This document shows, piece by piece, positions 13,362 to 25,708 of a stretch of DNA of 64,000 nucleotides; the first letter of the stretch is position 1, and each line of letters starts with the position of its first letter. A program made the position numbers and the translations under genes. Origin of the DNA: Octopus sinensis (lineage: Eukaryota); NCBI RefSeq assembly GCF_006345805.1, contig NC_042997.1:171120001-171184000 (forward strand), written 5' to 3'. The notes beneath the pieces are model-generated. The model was given only the letters and a program-made list of their open reading frames with translations. It did not search any database and was not told the origin of the DNA.

Positions 13362-13622
13362 TCACAACCAAAGCCATGCTGGAACCCCTCTTTTATGTGT
13401 TGCTGCAATAGGAAATATCACAAGTAAGTTCTGCACGACTTCCCTTTCTACACGAGACAAAGTACGATTCGACCGGACAGAAATAGGAGACTGCACAAAT
13501 TTCTCCACTGTTCGGTGATCCCTTCCAACTATTCTTAAAATTTCTATGGTCGTTTTTCCTTTTCCAAGCTCTGACACGATGGTAGACTTCTCATTTGAGG
13601 TAAGATCACGATTCTGACCCAT
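13362..13622 (-). pseudogene. Tc1-like transposase N-terminal HTH fragment
   Basis: MGQNRDLTSNEKSTIVSELGKGKTTIEILRIVGRDHRTVEKFV. Confidence 0.7.
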
Positions 13623-13745
13623 AATTACTCTTAGATGAGGCACGTGCCTGATAATTTGGGACAGCAGAAATGATGCTACTACACAATAATAGCCGCCATT
13701 TGTTTTCTTCTGCGCAAATCCGATTCATTTTAACAAAATGTGCAC

Positions 13746-14428
<683 letters not shown>

Positions 14429-15166
14429 TAGGTGTTGCCAATAGTCAGTGGGAAAACATCCGGTTTTGAACGAATATACATTTATCTATTGAGAGAAGGA
14501 TGATTTGCCTAATAATATGGGATGCAGTGTATTAAGTTTCTTTTCTGAACAGGTTGAATGGGCGGTCACAGGCAAATTGCGGGACGTGACACTTTCTGAA
14601 TAGCACGCCTAACGAAAAATTGGACGTGCGATCTGCCTGATAATGAACCTTGTTTCATACGGCCCGCTTCTCGAATAAGGTTACGCGTGCCTGGACTAGG
14701 GTCTAATAACTTTTTATTCTTGTGGGATTGTACGAGTGTATAAAGCGAAAGAAAATTGTAAGAAGCAGCAGTGAAATTAATTGTTAAACGAAGATCAAAT
14801 CGGTTAAATGAGGCGCGAAGCTGTAATATCATCTAAGCCTGTATAAACCTTCGATTGCAATAGTCAAGTGATTTCCGCTCTTTTTCAGCAATCTGAACTC
14901 TATGCTTTCTATTTCGTGCAGTGGCATAACAATGAATGGAAATTTTATCTTTTCTTTTACTTGTTTCAGTCATTTGACTGCGGCCATGCTGGGGCACTGC
15001 CATGAAGGAGTTTTTGTCGAATGAATCGACCCCAGTGCTTTTTTTTTTCTTTTTAAAACCTGGTACTTATACTGTTGAGCTCTTTTGCCGAACCGCTAAG
15101 TTACGGAGATGCAAACACATCAATACCGGTTGTCAAGCGGTGGTGGGACACACATACACAATATAT

Positions 15167-15200
<34 letters not shown>

Positions 15201-15205
15201 TGTGT

Positions 15206-16083
15206 GGTCTGATCAATAAGTATCCGGTATGATGCTGTAGTAACGAAGTTAATGCAAGCAGAGTGAAGCCACTTGGCACATATTGACCGCGAACTCTGCT
15301 GTGCGTGCGCACTAAGTTCAAAGGTTCTAGCTTACTTCCGCTGTATACAGCAGAGCTTAGTAGGAACATGTGTAGCGTATGGTCATCGCATTGACCATGA
15401 CAGAGAAAGTTGAACAGAGAATCTGCATCAATTTTGTCAAAATCATGGCGATACCAGCTCAGAGGCCTACGCAAAGTTTTCAAAAAGTTTTCATCATTCT
15501 CGATACAATCAAGAAGATCTTGTGCTACTGAAATCCGAGTGTTTTTTTTCCCCCAGCTGAAAGCAGTTTAAGCACAAACTTGGCAGATACGCGGCTCATA
15601 CCCAAATCTTCAGTGATAATGGACTGAACTGAACCGTAACTAATCTACACATCCTCTGATAACTCACGGATGGTGGTTCGACGATTTCCTCTCATGGCTG
15701 CACGCACATGTGCAATGTTTTTCTCAGTTCTGCTGGTTGCGAGTCTCCCAGAACGTTCGTCAATATCGACACTTTTCGGCCATCATGGAAACGTCTGAAC
15801 CACTCGTACACTTGTGTGCGGTTCATACACTCCTCTCCATACACTTTCTGCAACTTTGTGCAGGTATCGCCATGAAAATTTCTCTCTCATGGTAAATGTG
15901 ACGATCAGATGCTACACACGTTCCTTCCAAGCACTGCTGTAAATAGTAGAAGTGAGCTAGAATGTTAAATCTTAGTGCGCATGCACAGCAGCGTTCAAGG
16001 TCATTCTGTGTCAAGCGGCTTTACTGTGCGTGCTTTAGCTTCGTTACTATAGCAACAGCTTGATACTTGTTGATCAGACCTCG
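15206..16083. mobile_element. Mariner relic made of two inverted 5' ends
   Basis: GGTCTGATCAATAAGTATC at left and its inverse at right (followed by TA). Plus strand MTEKVEQRICI; minus strand VYGEECMNRTQVYEWFRRF...RVSAKFV. Confidence 0.8.
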
Positions 16084-16187
16084 TATATATGCATATACTT
16101 TTATATATATATATTTATTTTTTATTTTATTTTTTTAATTTTATCTAGTTTCAGCTCACGCACTGTGGCCATACTGGGGCACCGCCG

Positions 16188-16238
<51 letters not shown>

Positions 16239-16979
16239 GTATGACGGCATTCTTTCAGTTTCCTTATACCAAATTCACTCACAAGGCCATTGACCGTCCT
16301 AAGACAATAGTGGAAGATCAGCGTGATTGATCCCGGAACCATTTGGTTGAGAAGCAAGCTTCTTACCATATAGCTATACCTGCACCTATAATTTTAATTT
16401 TGTTTCCTTTTACCTAGTATAAAGTATGATTTGATAATAATAAGGTGACACTTCCACACTACTCAGACGTTTTCAGTTTTGGAAAAGCTTTGTGCAACGC
16501 TAAGGTAAGGGTCTGTGTTGAATTCCCAACCTCTGCACACATCTTTATTACAGCTATTTAACATTTATCTTTTATCATTTTATTTGCCTAGTTTTCTTAA
16601 AGATTTTAATCAATATTGTTGGATGAATAAAAGTAACCTCTTTCACGCAAAATAGGAATTGTAAAAGAGAAAGGGTTGTAAATATAATGTTCTGTATTCG
16701 ATGAAAAATTACTGACTTTTTTTCCATATAAGTAAATGGAAACTTTGTCTTAGTTGTAATGATTCGGTTTTAGCTTATTAAAAAGTGCAATCATAAACAC
16801 AACTTTTTGACCAAACATAAGTGATACAAAAAAAAAAAAGAAAAAGCTGCAAAGGAATATGAAATTAGTCAGCTTCGCATTGTTAAAAGAAACTTTCTGC
16901 ATACAGCAATCTATTTTCAAAAGATTTATTAATGAAAATACCTCCGTAAAACAATATTATTGAAGTATGTAAGGTTGTT

Positions 16980-17208
16980 ATGTGGAGTCGCGTGGCTTAG
17001 TGGTTTGGGTGTCAGCACCATGATCGTAAGATTGTGGTTTCGATTCCTAAACCGGGCGATGCGTTGTGTTCTTGAGCAAAACACTTCATTTCCCGTTGCT
17101 CCAGTCCACTCAGCTGGCAAAAATGAGTAACGCTGCGATGGACTGGCGTCCTGTCCATACGCCATAGAAACCGGGAAACTGGGCCCATGGGCCTGGCTAG
17201 ACTTTAAA
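16980..17208 (+). mobile_element. SINE family E
   Basis: Paralogue of 1135-1365. Confidence 0.85.
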
Positions 17209-17439
17209 AGTCATTTATTTTTTATGTAAGGTTGTTAGCTGGTAAAATCGTAAGCACGTCGGGCAAAATATTTAGCAGCATTTGTTCTGAGTTCAAATTC
17301 CGCTGAGGTTGACTTTACCGTTCGTTCTTTCGGCGTCGTTGAAATAAGTACCAGTTGAGTACTAGGATCGATCTAATCAACTTGCATCTCTCCCAACATT
17401 TCTGGCCGTGTACCAAAATTTGAAATCAATACTTTTTTC

Positions 17440-18600
17440 AGTGTGTGAGCTAATTACGAAGAAAGTGAAATTACATATTCAGCGTGAATATGTTGCAGCT
17501 GCACGAATTTAAACACCAGCAAAAGTCAAATATTTGATAATATTAGTTTACATCGGAGGACAATTCCTCTCCTCATAAACGACACGGTTAATGCTATCTA
17601 AGCATCCTTGAAACAAGTAGCATCAGGATTTAATTATTCAATAACTGTAAATGGGATATTTGATAAAATAAATGCAACACAAATGTCTGTCTTTGTATAC
17701 ACGATAACGGAAAATTTTACTTTACGAGAACGTATATTTGTTTTAAAATCGATTAATGGGATTGCTGAAGGTAATTTTTTTTTTTTTACTGGGTCGAATC
17801 ACCGATAAGTGATTTCGATTTGCTCTCAGCGAAGTCGATGCCATAAGTTGCACTGTCCTGAGTATGATCTCGTAAAGGACGTCTTGTTATTAATCAAGCA
17901 AGAACTGGACAACTGCCAAGCGGATTCTAATATCTTGATATTGTGTCTTTATCGTATTAACCAACAAAACATGAATACATTCTCTGAGAATGAACACTAT
18001 GAAGCGCTAGCAAAATGATGAGCTGAACATAAAGAATTTGCAAAAATTTTGAAGAAAATCGAAGCAGAATCTGGTGACTTACTGTACCTATTTCTTTACT
18101 ACCCACAAAGGGTTAAACACATAGAGGACAAACAAGGACAGACAAAGGGATTAAGTCGATTATATCGACCCCGGTGCGTAACTAGTACTTATTTAATCGA
18201 CCCCGAAAGGATGAAAGGCAAAGTCGATCTCGGCGGAATTTGAACTTAGAACGTAGCGGCAGATGAAATACCTATTTCTTTACTACCCACAAGGGGCTAA
18301 ACACAGAGGGGACAAACAAGGACAGACAAACGGATTAAGTCGATTATATCGACCCCGGTGCGTGACTGGTACTTATTTAATCGACCCCGAAAGGATAAAA
18401 GGCAAAGTCGATCTCGGTGGAATTTGAACTCAGAACGTAGCGGTAGACGAAATACCGCTAAGCATTTCGCCCGACGAGCTAACGTTTCTGCCAGCTCGCT
18501 GCCTTGGTGACTTACTGTACCACTGTTAGGTTCGTTGGAAAAGCAAAGAGCGCATGCTCAAGATGACTGAAATTCTTTATGTAAGTTAGTCGTTCTTGTT
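17440..18600 (+). pseudogene. Degenerate hAT (Charlie/SPIN-like) transposase relic
   Basis: Removing the SINE joins KIEAESGDLLY to H...VRW.S...ML (cf. EYGDLLYHTEVRWLSRG). Confidence 0.6.
18089..18504 (-). mobile_element. Dimeric SINE-A with about 16-bp TSD
   Basis: GGTGACTTACTGTACC at 18073-18088 and 18506-18521. Confidence 0.92.
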
Positions 18601-19524
18601 ATGGAATCAAAAGGATGAAAAAAAAATGGCTGTGATTTGGTATTTTCGGTTGCTATTACTAACCACTTAAATTATCAAGGTTTGAAATTACAAAGTTCGA
18701 ATAAGCTAATCACTTACTTTGGTCCATGAACAAATTTTTCAGAGGCTATTACACACGGACTACATGGGCGATCTTCAGCGTCAGCTGAATATAGAAATTA
18801 CCAACGAGTAACCCTATATCAACTACTCCACTTCATCTGACGAACAGAATAACAGACACTAACTGAAACTTCGAAAATTTCCAGCCGACCAAATCATCAT
18901 TTGAGAACCAACCAATGGAAGGATAAACTGTGGGTGTCTTTCCAAAGCAACGCTTAAGATCTTGGAGGATAATGGTACCATGACTGCGCATGAACCTAGG
19001 ATACCAGTGGTGATAGCACGGAAAATGAGACACGTTCATCATCGTGCCTGATTCGAGAGTAAGTTGTAATCAATAGACGATCATTATACGTGGTGATGAT
19101 AGTAATGATGATGATAATGATGATGGCGACGACGACGACGATGATGATGTCGACGACGACGATGATGATGACGTCGACGACGACCACGACGACCACGACA
19201 ATGATGATGATGATGATGATGATGATGTTGACGATGACGATAACAATTCTGTCGCTGCTATTGCTGCTGACGACGACGACGATGATGAGGATGAATGCCA
19301 ATATCGGGAGTCTGAATCGTTGCAGCAATTGTCCGTAACTCAACTGTAAAACAAAACATGCCATGGTACATTTTCCAACAGTGAAACAACAGTAACCAGA
19401 ATCTATAATGGAGGGTGCTTCAATTTTTCAGATAAATTTCCAGAAGTTTCGCGATTCACAAAATCACGAACTATATGCGAAACTCCGAAACTTGTGATAA
19501 CTCACAACTCGAGTTATCGGATAA

Positions 19525-19797
19525 TACTTTGATATCACGCGATCACACGACCGACCAGGCTATCAGATGATATTACACATCGCTGGTCAAAATGCGCATT
19601 GATTTAGCCTTCAAATGACGCCACTCCGCTGGCTAGGCGAGCAGGCCAACATTCCCCACTGATAGAAGAGGAACTGGAGCTATGTGAAATGAAGTGTTTT
19701 GCTCAAGAACACAACGCGTTGTCCAGTCAGGGAATCGAACCCACGATCTGGCGATCATGAGTGCAACAGCCTAATCACCAGTCCATGCGCCTTCACA
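19525..19797 (-). mobile_element. SINE with E-type head and C2-type tail
   Basis: TTCTTGAGCAAAACACTT core plus GTGGCGTCATTTGAAGGCTAA tail shared with 27146-27426. Confidence 0.8.
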
Positions 19798-19851
19798 AAC
19801 TTTGATATAGTCAAACTTAATAGATTTTCTATTTTGGAATTTTATAAATCT

Positions 19852-20246
19852 TTTTTTGTTTTTGGAAGCACTCCGTCGGTTACGACGATGAGGGTTCCGG
19901 TTGATCCGAATCAACGGAACAGCCTGCTCGTGAAATTAACGTGTAAGAGGCTGAGCACTCCACAGACACGTGCACCCTTAACGTAGTTCTCGGGGATATT
20001 CAACGTGACACAGAGAGTGACAAGGCCGGCCCCTTGAAATACAGGTACAACAGAAACAGGAAGTAAGAGTGAGAGAAAGTTGTGGTGAAAGAGTACAGCA
20101 GGGATCACCACCATCCCCTGCCGGAGCTCGTGGAGCTTTAGGTGTTTTCGCTCAATAAACACACACAACGCCCGGTCTGGGAATCGAAACCGCGATCCTA
20201 TGACCGCGAGTCCGCTGCCCTAACCACTGGGCCATTGCGCCTCCAC
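19852..20246 (-). mobile_element. Full-length SINE family C with 11-bp TSD
   Basis: Head GGAGGCGCAATGGCCCAGTGGTTAGG; TTTATAAATCT at 19841-19851 and 20247-20257. Confidence 0.88.
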
Positions 20247-21211
20247 TTTATAAATCTACATACAAATTGAAAAACATATTAAAAGTGTTCACTTTGAAGC
20301 ATCATGCCTTGAAAACTGCATAACTGTTTCTCACACTCATGTAAACAGGTAGGTATTCTCAGTATTACATTTAACCAAGAACCGCTTGCGTGTTCGACTT
20401 GGGGATGATAATCATGCAAACCAAATACGAATTTCCGCATCATCCAACTTCCCATTAAAACACAAGATAAGAAGTCTTATTAAATTTAAACCATTATACT
20501 GCGTGGCATATTTAGTGTTTTGGTGTTTGAGGCATTATATAGCATCTGTTTAATCAATACTTTAAAACATTTTAATTAATATTGTCTAGTGTGAACGGGT
20601 TTATCAAAAAAAAAATTATGACACGTACGATAAACTCAGGCATTTTGGCTCCGAAAATTGAGAAATACTTCGCTACCAAATCTCTTAATCTAAACAATCT
20701 GTGAGACAATCTTCGATCATATCACGTCTTGTCTCGTCTGTACCTTTAAACTTGCCTTTGCATGCAATCATACAGCTTGGTCGTCGTGGATAACAAAGCT
20801 ATTTTGATATATTAATTTATTTTGTTTTAAATCAAAGGCGTGGGTGTGCGGCAAGAAGTAAGCTTTTCAACCCGTGGCCGTGGTAGAAGACACTTGCCTA
20901 AGGTCCCATTGCATGGCATCTTGGACGAGTGTCTTCTGCCATACCCTCAGGCCGACCAAAGCTTTGAGAGTGAATTTGGATTTTATATATATAAAATATA
21001 TATATTTATAAATGTTCTAAAATCTACAGAGTCTTGGTTTTTTTTTATCTCATTAGGAAAAAAAAATTATATACACACGCTGACATATGAACAACGTTGA
21101 ACCTCTTATTCGCATAATCACCGAACTTGGAACTTAACTATGGTGTATCTACAGCATTTATTCAGCATTACCTGGCATTTTGGGGTCTCAATGACACCAT
21201 TACCTCTCTTA

Positions 21212-21249
<38 letters not shown>

Positions 21250-21332
21250 ATATATATATATATATTTATGTATGTATAGGAGGAAAAAGGGAGGAGAATT
21301 TCAATTACCCCCGCATTGTGAGTTGTAGTGCA

Positions 21333-21670
21333 ATATATATATATATGAAATAAAAGAAAGAAAATGCACACAGTTAACATAGTTTTAATATATTTTATAA
21401 GTGAAAGTGTATTGTGTTTGTTGACCAGTTTCACTTTTGCTAATCATGACATTGAAATTATTGTAATTTTGCATTTTTTTAATAAGATTTTACACACCAT
21501 GGACTAAAATCTTCTTAAGAAAATACGAAATTACAATAATTTCAATGTCATGATTAGCGAAAGCGGAACCGGTCGACAAACACAATGCTGTTTCACATAA
21601 AAAATATATTAAAACTATTTTAACTATGCGCATTTTCCTTCTTTTATCATATATATATATTTCATATATA
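21333..21670. repeat. Foldback (about 160-bp arms, 12-nt loop) between (TA)n tracts
   Basis: 31-bp perfect core GCTAATCATGACATTGAAATTATTGTAATTT with its inverse at about 21528-21558; arms extend imperfectly. Confidence 0.9.
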
Positions 21671-22636
21671 TATATTTCATATATATATGTGTGTGTGTGT
21701 GTGTTTGTAAGGGCTAGTTGAATATCAGTTATGCGATGATGTTTGATCGCGTACATATTTAATACTAACACTCTCAAATTTATATTTGAAATGCTGCACT
21801 GATGAGGTGAAATAAGTAAGTAAATATAACTTTACTTTGATCCCAAAATGCGTATGTAGCCAATCTAAATCGTATGGATTCGTTATTTTTTCTCTTTGTC
21901 TACGTAAAAAAAGTGTTTTATTGTCTGTGAGATATTTATGGTAGCGGAATGGTATTTTAACTGTTATTTCTAAATTCGGTGTGTGGCGAAGCAATTAGCT
22001 AACCCCTAATTATAATTATGCTTATAATCATAGACTATATATGTATATATATATTTTATAAATATATATATATATTCTATAATTATATATATACTAATAA
22101 TATAAGGGAGTATATCCAAATTACAAGGAAAAATTATCTCTAATTTATATATATCTCTTATTATAAAAGGCAGATTTTATCTGCCTCCCTTTGTCACTTA
22201 TAGAAATCTACAATATAGGATTTCTTCAATTACAATTTACCTAGCATTTTTAAGAGTAGAATGCATCGGGTCATGCCAGGTCCAGTTTTTAAAATTTAAA
22301 CTCCAATTAAGCAAAATTTACAGAAAACTCACATTCTGGTGTGTATGTCAAATGCTTTTCTTAGTCTGGTTTACAGCACACGCAAACGCACACACACAGT
22401 GTGCAACGAATAAAGTGAAACTAGATGTAATATTTGTTTCTGTCTATCACGCTGATAGATACATGAGTAATGTATGGCAAGCTAAGAGATAAGAGTGAGT
22501 GAAAATGTTCTTGGAAGAGAGTAAATAGCGACAGAGTGATTTGAGGAAGACTAAACTGAAAGTATGAAACAGTGTTTATGTATAACAGACGACACTGACA
22601 CTTTATATAGTTATTAAAATGTATGCATCCGTTTAA

Positions 22637-22958
22637 CCCTTTCGTTACCAAACCGCCCGAATTTACCTATTCATATTTAAATGAGAATATCAGAGTAAAT
22701 CTCTTTAGTACATTCGTGAAAACACGTATTATACTTCGTAAACACTTCAAATACAGTTTTGTACAAAAATCGAGTGTAATTTTAATTCCGTGAATTATGG
22801 GAGATTTTTTTCCGAAATTTGTTCCTATTGTGTTTTCAAAATTTGTAATTCTGACAAAAAATGGATACGAATTTCATTATATCAAGCAGCGAGTCAGAAT
22901 TCGAAGGATTTTCTACTGAAGACCTTCATAAATCTAACTCTATGACTGAAAAAAAAGC
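22637..22958 (+). mobile_element. piggyBac-like 5' end fragment
   Basis: TTAA|CCCTTTCGTTACC start; MDTNFIISSSESEFEGFSTEDL at 22861, an acidic N-terminus typical of piggyBac. Confidence 0.6.
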
Positions 22959-22959
22959 A

Positions 22960-23360
22960 TCTTTATATAAGAGTGAAGTTGTGTGTCTGTCTCCTACGAT
23001 TTAGATTCGTAACTACTACTCCCACATTTTGCGGTGCAGTTTAACCAAAAGCGGGTATCTTATAGTCGTGATTCATATCGAGCCCTTCTGGGTATTAGCG
23101 CGCGTCTACGATAAGTCTACGATTTAAAAAAAATTACCATCATATTTTTCCATTTTAATGCATTTTTTTCGCTTTTATATATAGGAGAAGTAACTCTCTA
23201 AAAATATCTACGATGTGTCAACGATTTAAAAAAAAAATTTACCTTAATTTTTTTTCAATTTTTAATGCATTTTTTTGCTATTTTTTGGGCTATAACTCTC
23301 TAAAAATGCTTATATAGTTATTTCCCTTACAACCCGAGCAACGCCGGGCGATACTGCTAG
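22960..23360 (+). mobile_element. Non-autonomous Helitron
   Basis: A|TC start, CTAG|T end, subterminal hairpin CCCGAGCAACGCCGGG (23333-23348), internal ~100-bp tandem duplication. Confidence 0.88.
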
Positions 23361-23548
23361 TATATATATAAATAGATATATTTATTTATATGTATATATA
23401 TATAAATTAGAGATAATTTTTCCTTGTAATTTGGACATACTCCCTTATATTATTAGTATATATATATTCTATAATTTATATATATATATATATAAATAAA
23501 TATATTTATTTATCTATCTATATATATATGTATACACACATATAATAA

Positions 23549-23618
<70 letters not shown>

Positions 23619-23619
23619 A

Positions 23620-23960
23620 TGTCCTCACCTTCGAAACACGCATGGAGTCGAACTAGGGACAGCTGATGAAGGGAATTTTTCCTTGTGTAGTTTGTCTTGT
23701 ACTCTGTTTTTTTTTCGTTGTTAAAAAAAGGTCCGTTTCCATGTTTGTTTTTACGTTTTGTTTCTCGTTGAGTTCTACGTCTATTTGTGGTGTCCTGTAC
23801 TCACGTATATATATTTATATACGCATGTATATATACATGTAGATGTAGGTACGTACATATATGTATGTATGTATGCATATATTTTATTTATCATATTATT
23901 GCATGACTGAGCGCCCTCGCGTCGTTTCGTTTCGTTTCGTTTCCTTTCTGTTCTCCCAGT
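23620..23960 (+). mobile_element. Interspersed repeat related to 32800-33075 (pseudo-LTR-like)
   Basis: CCTTCGAAAC...CTGATGAAGGG...GTCCTGTACTC...GTAGGTACGTACAT shared with 32800-33075. Confidence 0.65.
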
Positions 23961-23964
23961 AAGT

Positions 23965-24010
<46 letters not shown>

Positions 24011-24200
24011 TAAATAGATAGATAGATAGAAAAATATATTTATTATATGCCAAATATATACGTTTTTATTATTATTTTGCAATTTACTTAATCATCGGTA
24101 TATTATTGTTATTTTATTTTTTATATTTTTATTATATGTAATTTTCTAGATGGTGTATTTAATTGTTCATTTTGAATTGATAAAAGGTTTTTTTTTTCTA

Positions 24201-24244
<44 letters not shown>

Positions 24245-24271
24245 ATATATATATATATATATAATATAGAT

Positions 24272-24303
<32 letters not shown>

Positions 24304-24349
24304 CAGGCATACTTTGGCTTCAGTCGTTTCGATTTAAGTTGTTCTCGAT

Positions 24350-24385
<36 letters not shown>

Positions 24386-25136
24386 ACGGCATACTTTGGC
24401 TTCAGTCGTTTCGATTAAGTTGTTCTCGATTATACATCGGTTTTCAAAAGTAATAGAAATAGAAATCAATTTAAGTAATTTTACTCGACTTTACGTCGGT
24501 CCGCCACAAATATTGGAATCGTAAAATCACTAGAAAAGCACATAAAATCATGTTACTGTACAATAAATAAGATTAAAAGCATATAAAATTATATTAAAAC
24601 ATGTACAGTAAATGTTAAGATACACACCATAAAGAAGTGTAGCTTAGTGAACGACATCATGAAATCACGATATCACTTAATTGTATGTACGTATTGGTAA
24701 ATTTACAATAATTTAGTTTTTTTTTACAATAGCGAAATAATAATAATTATTATTGAATTTGTTTTTAAAGCTTAAAAAAGGTTTTTATTTTACTGTTTTA
24801 TTGCAAACTGCCTTCATAAATGAAGCGTCCGTGATGTACAGTAAACACTGCCAAATTGTATTCGTAAATCTAGATTACTTTTTTTTACTGTACTGTATTA
24901 AAAAATAATTATTCGTTTTGTTTGTAAGCTTAAAATAAGCTTTTATTAACCATATATTAGTAGAAATGCATTCATAAATAAAGTACAGAACTGGGAATGG
25001 TTATTATCGGTTTGGCCTGGAGATAAGTAAATTCGACCTAGCCTAGCCTAGAGACAAGTTAATTCACCTTAAGTCATTTTACGACTCAAGTCGTGTCCCC
25101 CGGAAACAATTAATGACGTAGGGTGAGGTATGTCTG
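24304..25136. mobile_element. Possible Tigger/pogo-like MITE
   Basis: TA|CAGGCATAC...GTATGTCTG|TA degenerate TIRs; left end duplicated (about 24302-24350 and 24385-24432). Confidence 0.45.
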
Positions 25137-25160
25137 TATTTGGACTTTCTTTCGTCTCCT

Positions 25161-25195
25161 GTTCCTGACGAAGTTCTTTGCTCGAAACGTAAAAC
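25161..25195 (+). ncRNA. Degenerate minimal type I hammerhead ribozyme motif (Penelope-associated type)
   Basis: GTTC-CTGACGA-AGTTCTTTGCTC-GAAA-CGTA-AAAC: full core, palindromic ACGT in place of helix III; helices I and II carry mismatches. Confidence 0.55.
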
Positions 25196-25614
25196 CATCT
25201 TTCTTTTTTTTTACCCGAGTGTCTGCTAATACTTTGCATGTGCTACGTATCACGTTGTTGTCTTTTTCTTGTGCTTGTTTTTCGTTTTAATGTTTATATG
25301 CCAACAGAATGTGGCAGTCCTATAAAGGACGATGCTACTGTTGTTTTAGCCCCAGGAAAACATCTTTTCCAGCTGGCTATCGACACACAATTTGTGTACG
25401 TAGAGCATTTGCTGTGAGGTCATCGCTCCCATCTCTAGCCTTACGTGATGCTCACAGACCTAGGTTTCTGAATGTTATCCGTCCTCATTGTGAGACAACC
25501 ACAAGTTTGTCATGAACGCTCTCTCCACTTGCAAATACTATATATTTTGAAACGACACACAATCTCTGATCTCATATATACATATATATTTATAATGTCT
25601 GTGTGCGCGCGCGC

Positions 25615-25688
<74 letters not shown>

Positions 25689-25708
25689 ATGTATCTATAT
25701 TTCTAATT

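Larger units (their letters stand above)
22085..23465. mobile_element. Composite element with 69-bp TIRs and 11-bp flanking direct repeat
   Basis: TIRs 22085-22153 and 23397-23465 (1 mismatch); ATTCTATAATT at 22074-22084 and 23466-23476. Confidence 0.6.

Noticed and set aside
20160-20246. SINE heads as tRNA genes (also 27146, 39886, 51631)
   Set aside because: A/B boxes are present but there is no complete cloverleaf; they run into SINE bodies with TSDs.
23628-23675. GAAAC...GTC...CTGATGA as a type II hammerhead (also about 32820-32862 and minus strand about 33335-33365)
   Set aside because: Helices I and II do not pair adjacent to the core in these copies; not supportable without a consensus.
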